Shown here: one piece after another, positions 1 through 6,818 of the stretch
How positions within the stretch are numbered: the stretch's first letter is position 1
Layout: every line of letters begins with the position of its first letter
Source: a virus
Lineage: Duplodnaviria > Heunggongvirae > Uroviricota > Caudoviricetes
DNA length: 14,173 nt
Direction: 5' to 3' (one strand)
Virus record (IMG/VR): IMGVR_UViG_3300019487_000021
Made by a program: the position numbers and the translations under genes
Notes under the pieces: model-generated
What the model was told of the DNA's origin: nothing
Database searches by the model: none
Seen by the model: only the letters and a program-made list of their open reading frames with translations

Positions 1-1
1 G

Positions 2-97
2 AGTGATGGTCATGTTGACTTTCACCCTCATCCTGTTGAGAGTGTTCTTACTTTGATCAACGGAGATCAAGATGGATATCGCCAGACAAACCGCTGA
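2..97 (+). CDS. 3' end of a hypothetical protein (partial, runs off window start)
   Basis: Open frame from nt 2 (SDGHVDFHPHPVESVLTLINGDQDGYRQTNR*) to TGA 95-97, overlapping the RBS/start of the next ORF. Confidence 0.35.
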   Translation, partial: SDGHVDFHPHPVESVLTLINGDQDGYRQTNR

Positions 98-227
98 ACA
101 ACTCGCCCGCAAGATGGCTCGACAGGTGGTCCGCAAGGAACAACGTGCTTCGTGGTGGGATGGCAACAAGGATCGTGTCAACGTTCAACGGCGCGTGAAC
201 AAAACCATCGACTTCGTGGTGGCGTGA
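72..227 (+). CDS. small basic hypothetical protein (51 aa)
   Basis: GGAG upstream of ATG 72; MDIARQTAEQLARKMARQVVRKEQRASWWDGNKDRVNVQRRVNKTIDFVVA*; TGA overlaps next ATG (TGATG). Below the ORF-track length cutoff. Confidence 0.6.
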   Translation: MDIARQTAEQLARKMARQVVRKEQRASWWDGNKDRVNVQRRVNKTIDFVVA

Positions 228-397
228 TGGCTATTCGACACGGTGCTATCATCGTCTTCAAGCCTGAGATTTCGAAGGAAGAGGCCGACAAAGTGCTTGC
301 GGCCTTACTCAAGCATGAGCTCCTCGATGCGGCTTGGTCAAGTACTGTCGAATCATTCGACGACACGGTTGAAGGTCCCGTCTGGTATATTCCGTAG
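227..397 (+). CDS. hypothetical phage-type protein (56 aa, MAIRHGAIIVFKPE...GPVWYIP)
   Basis: Same frame as track ORF 152..397; start reassigned to ATG 227, which is coupled to the upstream stop. Confidence 0.72.
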   Translation: MAIRHGAIIVFKPEISKEEADKVLAALLKHELLDAAWSSTVESFDDTVEGPVWYIP

Positions 398-406
398 GAG
401 CCAACA

Positions 407-838
407 ATGCAAACTCTCCCTGCCGGTCAGTATTACGTCGGCGATCCATGTTATGTAATCGCCGATGAGAAATGGTCAGATTTTCTCGATGCATGGGATA
501 CGCAGCTTGGTCGAGACCACGATGGCCATCGCATCAGTGGTATTTTTGAGTTCGAGGGCCATCAAGTATTCGCAGGCTACACTGCGCATGGTGATGGAAC
601 ATTCGATCACTTTCCTGTCGACAGCGGAACAATCGGTGTTGTGCCTATTTCTCTTGTCTCAAAACGAAACATCAGCGAAGAAGGGCTGTGGGACTTCAAA
701 CAGATCGAGGAGCAAGGTCTCGGCGAATTCGTAACGTTTGATGAACCGTTCGAAGCTGATGAAGCTGAGGGAACATTCTACATCGGCGACATGGAAATCG
801 AAACCGACAACTGGTTTGATTTCGATTTCACCGATTAA
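407..838 (+). CDS. acidic hypothetical protein with YYVGDPCY and FPVDSGTIG motifs
   Basis: AGGAG RBS; 143 aa; GDPCY-type motif recalled from phage hypotheticals (DUF4241-like, tentative). Confidence 0.85.
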   Translation: MQTLPAGQYYVGDPCYVIADEKWSDFLDAWDTQLGRDHDGHRISGIFEFEGHQVFAGYTAHGDGTFDHFPVDSGTIGVVPISLVSKRNISEEGLWDFKQIEEQGLGEFVTFDEPFEADEAEGTFYIGDMEIETDNWFDFDFTD

Positions 839-840
839 CG

Positions 841-869
841 TTGACCTTTGACCCTATTTCGACGAGAAT
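841..869 (+). promoter_or_regulatory. sigma70-like promoter candidate
   Basis: TTGACC (841-846), 17-nt spacer, GAGAAT (864-869), in the gap upstream of ORF 912. Confidence 0.4.
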
Positions 870-911
870 GGTCCTCGTTGGTTCACACTTCATACTTTAG
901 GAGAAACAGTC

Positions 912-1559
912 ATGTCAGTGTTCAAGAAAGCTGCAGCGATCGAACCGAAGAAACCCGTCAAGAAGACCTCGAACAAGGAAGAGGTCACCATGCCTGGCCT
1001 TCGGCACTTCGCCGAACTCGATGCGCTGATCAAGGCCCTCGCCGCGATTCAAAGCACTCTGGACACGTCGCTTAAGGGTGTTGCTCTTGACCACTTCGTC
1101 GCTACTGCCAACGGCCGTAAGCCTGAGTCGTTTCGCGGTCTCGACGATGGTGCGAGCGCAAGCTTCGAATTGCGCAAACGTTCCAGCCGTTCGATTCTGA
1201 GCGAGGCCGAACTGGAACAGCTCGAACGCCTCGGCATCAAACCCGAGAAGAGCACGACCGTGCCGAAGATGTTTGGCATCAACCCGAAGTACTCTGCCGA
1301 CGAGACGCTGCTCGATAAAGTCTCGAGCGCGATCGAGAAAATCGTGCCGGAAGACTTCATCGTCGTGCAGGAAGAGAAGTCAAACTTCATCGTCGGTGAG
1401 TCCACGATGGAAGATGCATTCCGCAAAGGTGCGACTGCTGAGACCGTGCTGTTGGTTGGCACGCTGGCAATCAAGCCGAAGCTGGACGAGACTGACCTGG
1501 GCAAGATCATCGACTCCGTCCGCGGGCTCGTGGCTCCTGCTACCGACGTGATGGAATAA
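912..1559 (+). CDS. hypothetical protein (215 aa, Lys-rich N-terminus)
   Basis: TAGGAG RBS, long ORF with strongly biased C/G-ending codons; no family recognised. Confidence 0.88.
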   Translation: MSVFKKAAAIEPKKPVKKTSNKEEVTMPGLRHFAELDALIKALAAIQSTLDTSLKGVALDHFVATANGRKPESFRGLDDGASASFELRKRSSRSILSEAELEQLERLGIKPEKSTTVPKMFGINPKYSADETLLDKVSSAIEKIVPEDFIVVQEEKSNFIVGESTMEDAFRKGATAETVLLVGTLAIKPKLDETDLGKIIDSVRGLVAPATDVME

Positions 1560-1564
1560 CAACC

Positions 1565-1600
1565 ATCGAGAACCGGCTGAATGTTCAGCCGGTTCTCGAT
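1565..1600. repeat. perfect 17-bp inverted repeat (hairpin/cruciform)
   Basis: ATCGAGAACCGGCTGAA (1565-1581), TG, TTCAGCCGGTTCTCGAT (1584-1600); no clear U-tract on either strand. Confidence 0.85.
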
Positions 1601-1622
1601 CACGAAGCAAAAGGTAGTCATC

Positions 1623-2237
1623 ATGCAGTACAACTCGTACAGATACTTGTGGCCTCCTCGTCCGGAAACGAAAGTTCCTCGTGGTGCACTGACCTTCTAC
1701 GAAGGTCGCAAATGGGTAGCACAGAAAAAGAAGAACGGCACATGCACCGTGATCTTCACGAACGGTGAACAGGTGATCTTCAAAACTCGCCACGATGATG
1801 ATCACAAAATGTGGCAACCACAACTAGAACACATCGAGTTCTTCCGCCAAAATGGTGGAGAGAATGACACGTGGAATGTGTATGTTGGTGAGTTGTTGCA
1901 CAACAAGACCCAACATATCAAGAACCATCTGTACTTGTTTGACCAAGTTGTTCACGACGGTGAACAACTCGTCAACATGACGTTCGGTCAACGGCATCAA
2001 CTCCTCCGTCGTTTGGGTGGTGAGTTCAACGATGACTGCTATATGATTTCCCCGATTGTCTCGATCGCTCACTGCTTCACAACCGGCTTTGTCAAATTGT
2101 TCGACACGCTCAAAGCGGAAGATGAAGGCATTGTCCTGAAAGATCCAAACGCTTTGTTGAAGCCTTGCTACAAGGGAGATTCCAACGCTGGCTGGCAAGT
2201 AAAGAGTCGTCTACCGCACAAGAATTACAGCTACTAA
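1623..2237 (+). CDS. ATP-dependent ligase-type nucleotidyltransferase, adenylation domain only (no OB fold)
   Basis: Motif I QKKKNG (KxNG), III YVGELL, IIIa LYLFD, IV EGIVLK, V WQVK; the protein ends 10 aa after motif V. Start set to ATG 1623 (AAGG upstream) because track start 1581 lies in the hairpin. Confidence 0.78.
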   Translation: MQYNSYRYLWPPRPETKVPRGALTFYEGRKWVAQKKKNGTCTVIFTNGEQVIFKTRHDDDHKMWQPQLEHIEFFRQNGGENDTWNVYVGELLHNKTQHIKNHLYLFDQVVHDGEQLVNMTFGQRHQLLRRLGGEFNDDCYMISPIVSIAHCFTTGFVKLFDTLKAEDEGIVLKDPNALLKPCYKGDSNAGWQVKSRLPHKNYSY

Positions 2238-2247
2238 ATCTAAGCTG

Positions 2248-2276
2248 TTGATTAAACCCTGAAACACAAATAACAT
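2248..2276 (+). promoter_or_regulatory. sigma70-like promoter candidate
   Basis: TTGATT (2248-2253), 17-nt spacer, TAACAT (2271-2276), 7 nt before ATG 2284. Confidence 0.4.
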
Positions 2277-2283
2277 CAACAGC

Positions 2284-2709
2284 ATGAAAACCAAAACTCG
2301 CCAAATTCCCGAACTGGTGATCTCGATTCCGATCAAACCATCGACTTTCAAGGAAATCCTACAACCGGCAGAGGATGAGATAACAAGCCGCGAAATTCGG
2401 ATTGAAATTAGTCAAATGACTATCGCACAAAAAATCAAGCTTCTCCACGGACTCGTTCATCTTATTGAAGAGGAGGTGATTCGACTCATTCGCAACGAGA
2501 AATTCCGTGGCGCCTGGCAAGAGACGGTCGATTGGCTCTATGCCGGCGATTTTCGCAGAGGCTACACCGAATTGTTAACTGTTGAATCTCAGTTTAAACA
2601 GTTCGCTGTGGGCCTAGAAGGACCTCCACCATACGACTATCACTCTGTGTGTGTCGAACTATTTACCACAACACTTTTGGAGACTGCAAATGAACATCGA
2701 ACTGTCTGA
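2284..2709 (+). CDS. hypothetical protein (141 aa)
   Basis: Open frame filling the gap between neighbours; no SD motif seen. Confidence 0.72.
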   Translation: MKTKTRQIPELVISIPIKPSTFKEILQPAEDEITSREIRIEISQMTIAQKIKLLHGLVHLIEEEVIRLIRNEKFRGAWQETVDWLYAGDFRRGYTELLTVESQFKQFAVGLEGPPPYDYHSVCVELFTTTLLETANEHRTV

Positions 2710-3043
2710 ACAAGACGCCGAGACGATCGGCATCGCAATGTGTCACGAACTGTGGGAGGTTGATGAAGCAATCGAAACTCTTGAACACATGCGTGACGAA
2801 CATTCCGATTCATTTAACGAGGCACGTTCCAATGAGCTCAACGAATTCACCACCTATCGAACCAACCTCGAAGGCCTCCTCGAAAAGATCAGCAAGAAAT
2901 GGTTTGAAAATCTTCTTGCTTATCGCGAGTTTATTGGTAACATGGTTGTTCTGGAGCTTGATGAAGATTCCGAGCCAGCCGAGATCGGAGAATTCCTTCA
3001 CAAGTTTTTCATTGACGACAACACCTCAAACAAGCCTCACTAA
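2690..3043 (+). CDS. acidic helical hypothetical protein (117 aa)
   Basis: GGAG RBS before ATG 2690 (MNIELSEQDAETIG...); track start 2651 has no RBS. Confidence 0.8.
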   Translation: MNIELSEQDAETIGIAMCHELWEVDEAIETLEHMRDEHSDSFNEARSNELNEFTTYRTNLEGLLEKISKKWFENLLAYREFIGNMVVLELDEDSEPAEIGEFLHKFFIDDNTSNKPH

Positions 3044-3053
3044 GGAACCCAAT

Positions 3054-3269
3054 ATGTGGCTGCTTTATCTCGGGTTGTACATGAACTATGCAATCGTCAT
3101 TGACACGCCTGGTTTGCCAATTTCTGTTAACCTTGAAGTGCCCAAGGGCGAGAAGCCAACACACTCAACGTTGATATTTGGTTACAAAACTGAAGCAGAC
3201 TGCAGCGCAGCTCGTGAGGCTGCCAAAAAGCATTTCGATGTTCAAGGTCGCTGTGTGAAGGCAGAGTGA
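3054..3269 (+). CDS. hypothetical protein with hydrophobic N-terminus (71 aa)
   Basis: TAAGGA RBS before ATG 3054 (MWLLYLGLYMNYAIVID...); the upstream extension in the track overlaps ORF 2690..3043. Confidence 0.7.
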   Translation: MWLLYLGLYMNYAIVIDTPGLPISVNLEVPKGEKPTHSTLIFGYKTEADCSAAREAAKKHFDVQGRCVKAE

Positions 3270-3304
3270 TGAAAAAGTTCAATGCCAATAAGAAGAAAGT
3301 ATAA
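3269..3304 (+). CDS. 11-aa basic mini-ORF (MKKFNANKKKV)
   Basis: Starts in a TGATG overlap with the upstream stop and ends in a TAATG overlap with the downstream start. Confidence 0.3.
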   Translation: MKKFNANKKKV

Positions 3305-3474
3305 TGAAACTCGACTTCGGTGAGACGTCTGATGAACGGGATCAGCGCTTGGAAAAGTGGCACCGTTGGTTCGCGTGGTATCCCGTGCGCGCTGATCCGC
3401 ACGATTGGCGGTGGCTGGAATACGTGGACGGCTGCGAATACCGCGCGATCCAGGACCCGCCCGAAGCATGGTAA
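3304..3474 (+). CDS. Trp-rich small phage hypothetical (56 aa, WHRWFAWYPV...WRWLEYV)
   Basis: Hand-translated; the WFAWxPV...WLExV pattern is recalled from small phage proteins. Not in the track (<60 aa). Confidence 0.65.
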   Translation: MKLDFGETSDERDQRLEKWHRWFAWYPVRADPHDWRWLEYVDGCEYRAIQDPPEAW

Positions 3475-3602
3475 CCGCTGCGCCCCCTGCCCATCGTCGC
3501 GGTCTACTCGGAAGGCCAACTGGGCGGTCGGACGAGATGTGTTGACCCTCTAAGGGTTGTTGTGTATGCTGTCGTTTCCTTGCTACAGCCACCGAGGAAA
3601 TA

Positions 3603-4850
3603 ATGATCCCGTTCGACCCCACAAAAATCACGATTGATATCGTGCGTCTGAAAGCTATCTCCACCGCTCTTGGTGGTTCGATTGCCTATATCGACGAACA
3701 AAAATCCTTACAGGAAGGCCGCGACATCCTGAAACGAGTCGGGATTCCAATGTCGCTTGCTCGCTCGTTCATTGTGCGACACAAGAAAATGACAAAATAC
3801 CTCAAGGCGATCTACACTGCCATTGTTCGGTATGAAGGTCGTGTGATTGCGTTGGAACGCCATCCTCTTGCGGCACTCGGCAAACTTGAAGATGAAGGAT
3901 TGTTTGGCAAGAAACTGTGGACTCCTGATGTCCAGGACAACTTCGACAAGATCATCATTCCGTTAACGGTGTATTGCAACGATCGTACTTGGTTCTTCGA
4001 CGGTCGGTACATTTACACTTTTGAGAAAGACACGAAAACTGTTGTCGAACGATCTCAGTGGATGTCAAAAGACGGACATTTTCGTAAAGTCCATGCCGTG
4101 TCGATTGATCTGCAGGAGATGCAAAATAAAGAACGGCTTACTCCTGCTGCTCGCACGTGCCTTGCATTCGTTGCTGTGAATGGCCAGTTCGCCATTTCGC
4201 CTCCGATTTGGAAAGATGTCAGCGACATTGCGATCACGCAACGTCGCAAAGGTGGTCATGATGCCATTCAAGACGAAGATGAAACTGATCCAAACGATTT
4301 GCGGAGTGTGTCGGTTGAAAATTCGCTGCGTCTTGACCAGTTTGATAGCCACGACGTTCTGCTTGCAGTTAATCTCGGATTCGCTTTGAAGGCTGGTGTG
4401 GAAGTCGGTCGGATCTTCGGCTTCGAAGCAGTCGAGCCACTGAACTTACCTCGTCTGATGATCGAATTGCACACTGTCAATCTGCCAAATCTACCGAAAG
4501 AGATCAAATCGACGTACGACATTGGCTTGCGGTTCACCCATGCAATTGCATGGCTGTTGGGTTTGCAGCAACGTACGAACACTCTCGACAGCTATTTGAC
4601 GATTCGCAGTCTGTTGAAGTATCTGACAAGCAAAGGATTGTTCCGTCGAAACATCTTTGATGCAGAGCGTGTGTTCCAACCTGGCAAAGGCGTGAAAGAC
4701 ATCCCTCAGATCGCTTTGGACACGTTGAGAAAAGGCGACAAACAAGAGAGACTATCGTTGGCAGCTATTTTGGAAAAGGTTAAAACAATGCGTGCTCCAT
4801 CGAGCCATAAAATGACTAGCATCGGAACGTTGATGAACGAGGGCGATTGA
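3603..4850 (+). CDS. hypothetical protein (415 aa)
   Basis: GAGGA RBS; long ORF with phage-typical codon use; no motif recognised. Confidence 0.9.
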   Translation: MIPFDPTKITIDIVRLKAISTALGGSIAYIDEQKSLQEGRDILKRVGIPMSLARSFIVRHKKMTKYLKAIYTAIVRYEGRVIALERHPLAALGKLEDEGLFGKKLWTPDVQDNFDKIIIPLTVYCNDRTWFFDGRYIYTFEKDTKTVVERSQWMSKDGHFRKVHAVSIDLQEMQNKERLTPAARTCLAFVAVNGQFAISPPIWKDVSDIAITQRRKGGHDAIQDEDETDPNDLRSVSVENSLRLDQFDSHDVLLAVNLGFALKAGVEVGRIFGFEAVEPLNLPRLMIELHTVNLPNLPKEIKSTYDIGLRFTHAIAWLLGLQQRTNTLDSYLTIRSLLKYLTSKGLFRRNIFDAERVFQPGKGVKDIPQIALDTLRKGDKQERLSLAAILEKVKTMRAPSSHKMTSIGTLMNEGD

Positions 4851-4851
4851 C

Positions 4852-5049
4852 ATGTCCCTTGAAGAAGAGCTTCGATTGATCCTTTGGTTGGGACTGATCA
4901 GTGGCATGTTGATGGCTGCCGGTGCAATTGGATTTCTTTTTGTATCTGGTGCAGGTGGTTTTTTGGTGTTTGCGTTGGGTGGTGTTGTCGGCTTAGCTGC
5001 ACAACGATTCTACGCAGATGTTCGTTTCGTTCTGTTTCAAAAGGAGTAA
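4852..5049 (+). CDS. small membrane protein, two predicted TM helices (65 aa)
   Basis: Two Gly-rich hydrophobic stretches (LILWLGLISGMLMAAGAIGFLFV; GGFLVFALGGVVGLAA). Confidence 0.7.
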   Translation: MSLEEELRLILWLGLISGMLMAAGAIGFLFVSGAGGFLVFALGGVVGLAAQRFYADVRFVLFQKE

Positions 5050-5051
5050 CA

Positions 5052-5144
5052 ATGGATTTCAAAACTGAAACATTGGACCGTTCGTCAAAGATTACGTTGT
5101 GCACGGGAACTGTAATCGTTGACCAGATCGACGAACTAGAGTAA
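5052..5144 (+). CDS. 30-aa peptide (MDFKTETLDRSSKITLCTGTVIVDQIDELE)
   Basis: Strong AAGGAG RBS overlapping the previous stop; 3' part of track ORF 4884..5144. Confidence 0.5.
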   Translation: MDFKTETLDRSSKITLCTGTVIVDQIDELE

Positions 5145-5151
5145 ATTATCC

Positions 5152-5186
5152 AAACTCACCGATGTGACTCTGACAGAGGTGAGTTT
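5152..5186. promoter_or_regulatory. 9-bp inverted repeat with 17-nt spacer (hairpin or operator)
   Basis: AAACTCACC (5152-5160) / GGTGAGTTT (5178-5186), intergenic upstream of ORF 5235. Confidence 0.4.
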
Positions 5187-5234
5187 TAACCTTGAAGTAA
5201 ACTGTAATGTTGTTTAACAGAACAGGAGAAACAC

Positions 5235-6299
5235 ATGCAATTTGAGCTTATCCGCAACGCCAACGTTGAAGTGAAGAAGCTGATGACCGGAAAGAACAAG
5301 CCAGCGGCCATCATCACTGTCAACGACAAGTATCAACACGAGTTCTCCCCAAAGTCCCGAGTGTCCAAGCACCTCGAACTGATGGAGCCCACCGAGCTTG
5401 CTCAACGCTTGACTGGTGGTCACTACTTCTTTCTCGATGGTCAACTCACTCGTTTCCGTGACGGTTCGTACGGCAATGGGTTTGTGCACGATGACAAGAC
5501 CATCGAAGTCTTGATGGAAGTTATCGGCGCTCGGCCGGTCATTTCTCGATTCGGTCACCGCCCTGCTCGTCGGGACGAGGATCTCGACACAAAGATCGAA
5601 CTGCGCAAGTACTGGAGCGACCACAACATCATCGTGCCTGGCTACAATGCTGGTGGCGAGTTCAACTCGCGACTGTCGTTCGGTTGGGATCCGTTTGTCA
5701 AGACTGTCAACTCAACGTTCGAGCTGATGCGTCTGATCTGCACAAACGGTGCGATCGGTCTGACTCCGTGGCTGAATGCAAAGATCCCCTTGTTCAACCG
5801 TTGGCACGAACACCTCGACATCGCTTCGCGCCAGATCCAGAATCGTGTCAACGAGACTGTGGTTGATCGGGTACAACAGATGGCGATTGAACGTGCCTCC
5901 GTCGCTGACTGTCTGCTGCTCGAGCAGCACTGCCACGACCGTCTGTACTCTCCGACCGACAAGTCCGATCTGACTGATCGGGAACGTCTGCAAATGATTC
6001 TCGGCGCAGCGTCTCCTCGTCGACATCTGCAGGACTATTACACGGAGCAGTTGTTCCGTGATCGTGTGTTGGGAGCGCAAGTTCCTGCTCACCTTACGAA
6101 CTTCGACGTGTACAACCTCGCAACGGAGATCCGCAGCCACACGAACGAGTGCGCCAAGTCGTCGAACACTGCTCTCGACCGGATGGCAAATCGTCTAATG
6201 TTTGATGACGATCGCGACTACAGCGTGACGTCGATCGGTGCACCGAAGATCGCAGCGTTTAGCGATCCGGAGCGGGCATTCTTCGGTAAGATGCACTAA
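5235..6299 (+). CDS. DUF932/DUF945-like protein (354 aa)
   Basis: CAGGAG RBS; FELMRLICTNG matches the RLxCxNG signature of DUF932-type mobile-element proteins. CDS is secure, family call is moderate. Confidence 0.7.
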   Translation: MQFELIRNANVEVKKLMTGKNKPAAIITVNDKYQHEFSPKSRVSKHLELMEPTELAQRLTGGHYFFLDGQLTRFRDGSYGNGFVHDDKTIEVLMEVIGARPVISRFGHRPARRDEDLDTKIELRKYWSDHNIIVPGYNAGGEFNSRLSFGWDPFVKTVNSTFELMRLICTNGAIGLTPWLNAKIPLFNRWHEHLDIASRQIQNRVNETVVDRVQQMAIERASVADCLLLEQHCHDRLYSPTDKSDLTDRERLQMILGAASPRRHLQDYYTEQLFRDRVLGAQVPAHLTNFDVYNLATEIRSHTNECAKSSNTALDRMANRLMFDDDRDYSVTSIGAPKIAAFSDPERAFFGKMH

Positions 6300-6317
6300 G
6301 CTGTACGGTTGTAAACC

Positions 6318-6349
6318 TTGTGGGAGATACCGTACGGTATCTCCCACAA
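6318..6349. repeat. perfect 32-bp palindrome
   Basis: TTGTGGGAGATACCGT|ACGGTATCTCCCACAA with no spacer; intergenic, directly before the RBS of ORF 6366. Confidence 0.9.
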
Positions 6350-6365
6350 CTCTTGGGAGATAACA

Positions 6366-6494
6366 ATGGTAGAAAGACAACCGGATCAAATTCGTGACGA
6401 GTTTACACGTGTGATTGCCCCTGTTGGCAACATGATCGATGAACAATTCAAAACGCTTCGCCAAACATTCGCTCCTATCCTTGGAGAAGTTTGA
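6366..6494 (+). CDS. 42-aa hypothetical protein
   Basis: GGGAG RBS; MVERQPDQIRDEFTRVIAPVGNMIDEQFKTLRQTFAPILGEV*; TGATG coupling to the next ORF. Confidence 0.6.
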   Translation: MVERQPDQIRDEFTRVIAPVGNMIDEQFKTLRQTFAPILGEV

Positions 6495-6670
6495 TGGATA
6501 GACTAACAGTTGTTGTTCCCGTTGGAACAAAGCTTACATTTTCGGGCAAAGATGACAAAGGCTCGTTTGACACAACTATTGAGCTCACCAAACCTCTCAC
6601 AGTAACATTGAAGGGTGGATGTGATGCGGCAATTGCCGAAACGGTTTACCACAACGAGAAACCGAAATGA
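6494..6670 (+). CDS. 58-aa hypothetical protein
   Basis: MDRLTVVVPVGTKLTFSGKDDKGSFDTTIELTKPLTVTLKGGCDAAIAETVYHNEKPK*; start coupled to the upstream stop. Confidence 0.55.
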   Translation: MDRLTVVVPVGTKLTFSGKDDKGSFDTTIELTKPLTVTLKGGCDAAIAETVYHNEKPK

Positions 6671-6800
6671 GCAAGTCATCCTCAAACAAAGACCGCAATC
6701 GAACTGGTGGAAGGCGGACGAAATCCAACAGGACCTCAATCGTCGTGAATTCAAACATCAGCAAAATGTGTCCGAAGTGTTGGGACGAGACGTTTACTGA
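6624..6800 (+). CDS. 58-aa hypothetical protein (frame ambiguous; alternative 6667..6810)
   Basis: Track ORF 6615..6800 with phage-like codons in its 3' half; competes with the stop-coupled ORF 6667..6810. Confidence 0.35.
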   Translation: MRQLPKRFTTTRNRNEQVILKQRPQSNWWKADEIQQDLNRREFKHQQNVSEVLGRDVY

Positions 6801-6818
6801 TGAAAGCTAAATACTTGA

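Noticed and set aside
1049-1633. 194-aa antisense ORF (also 5214..5624-, 5712..6140-, 11505..11957+, 13135..13629+ and similar)
   Set aside because: Shadows of well-supported genes on the opposite strand; Ser/Arg-rich, no RBS or motifs.
1623-2237. mRNA capping enzyme / eukaryotic giant-virus origin
   Set aside because: Motifs IV and V (EGIVLK, WQVK) are ligase-like rather than capping-like (DGLIF, KWKP), and pervasive SD motifs with coupled overlaps indicate a prokaryotic host.
3277-3305. sigma70 promoter using TATAAT 3300-3305
   Set aside because: The -10 overlaps the ATG of the ORF it would serve, and the -35 match is weak; not called as a feature.
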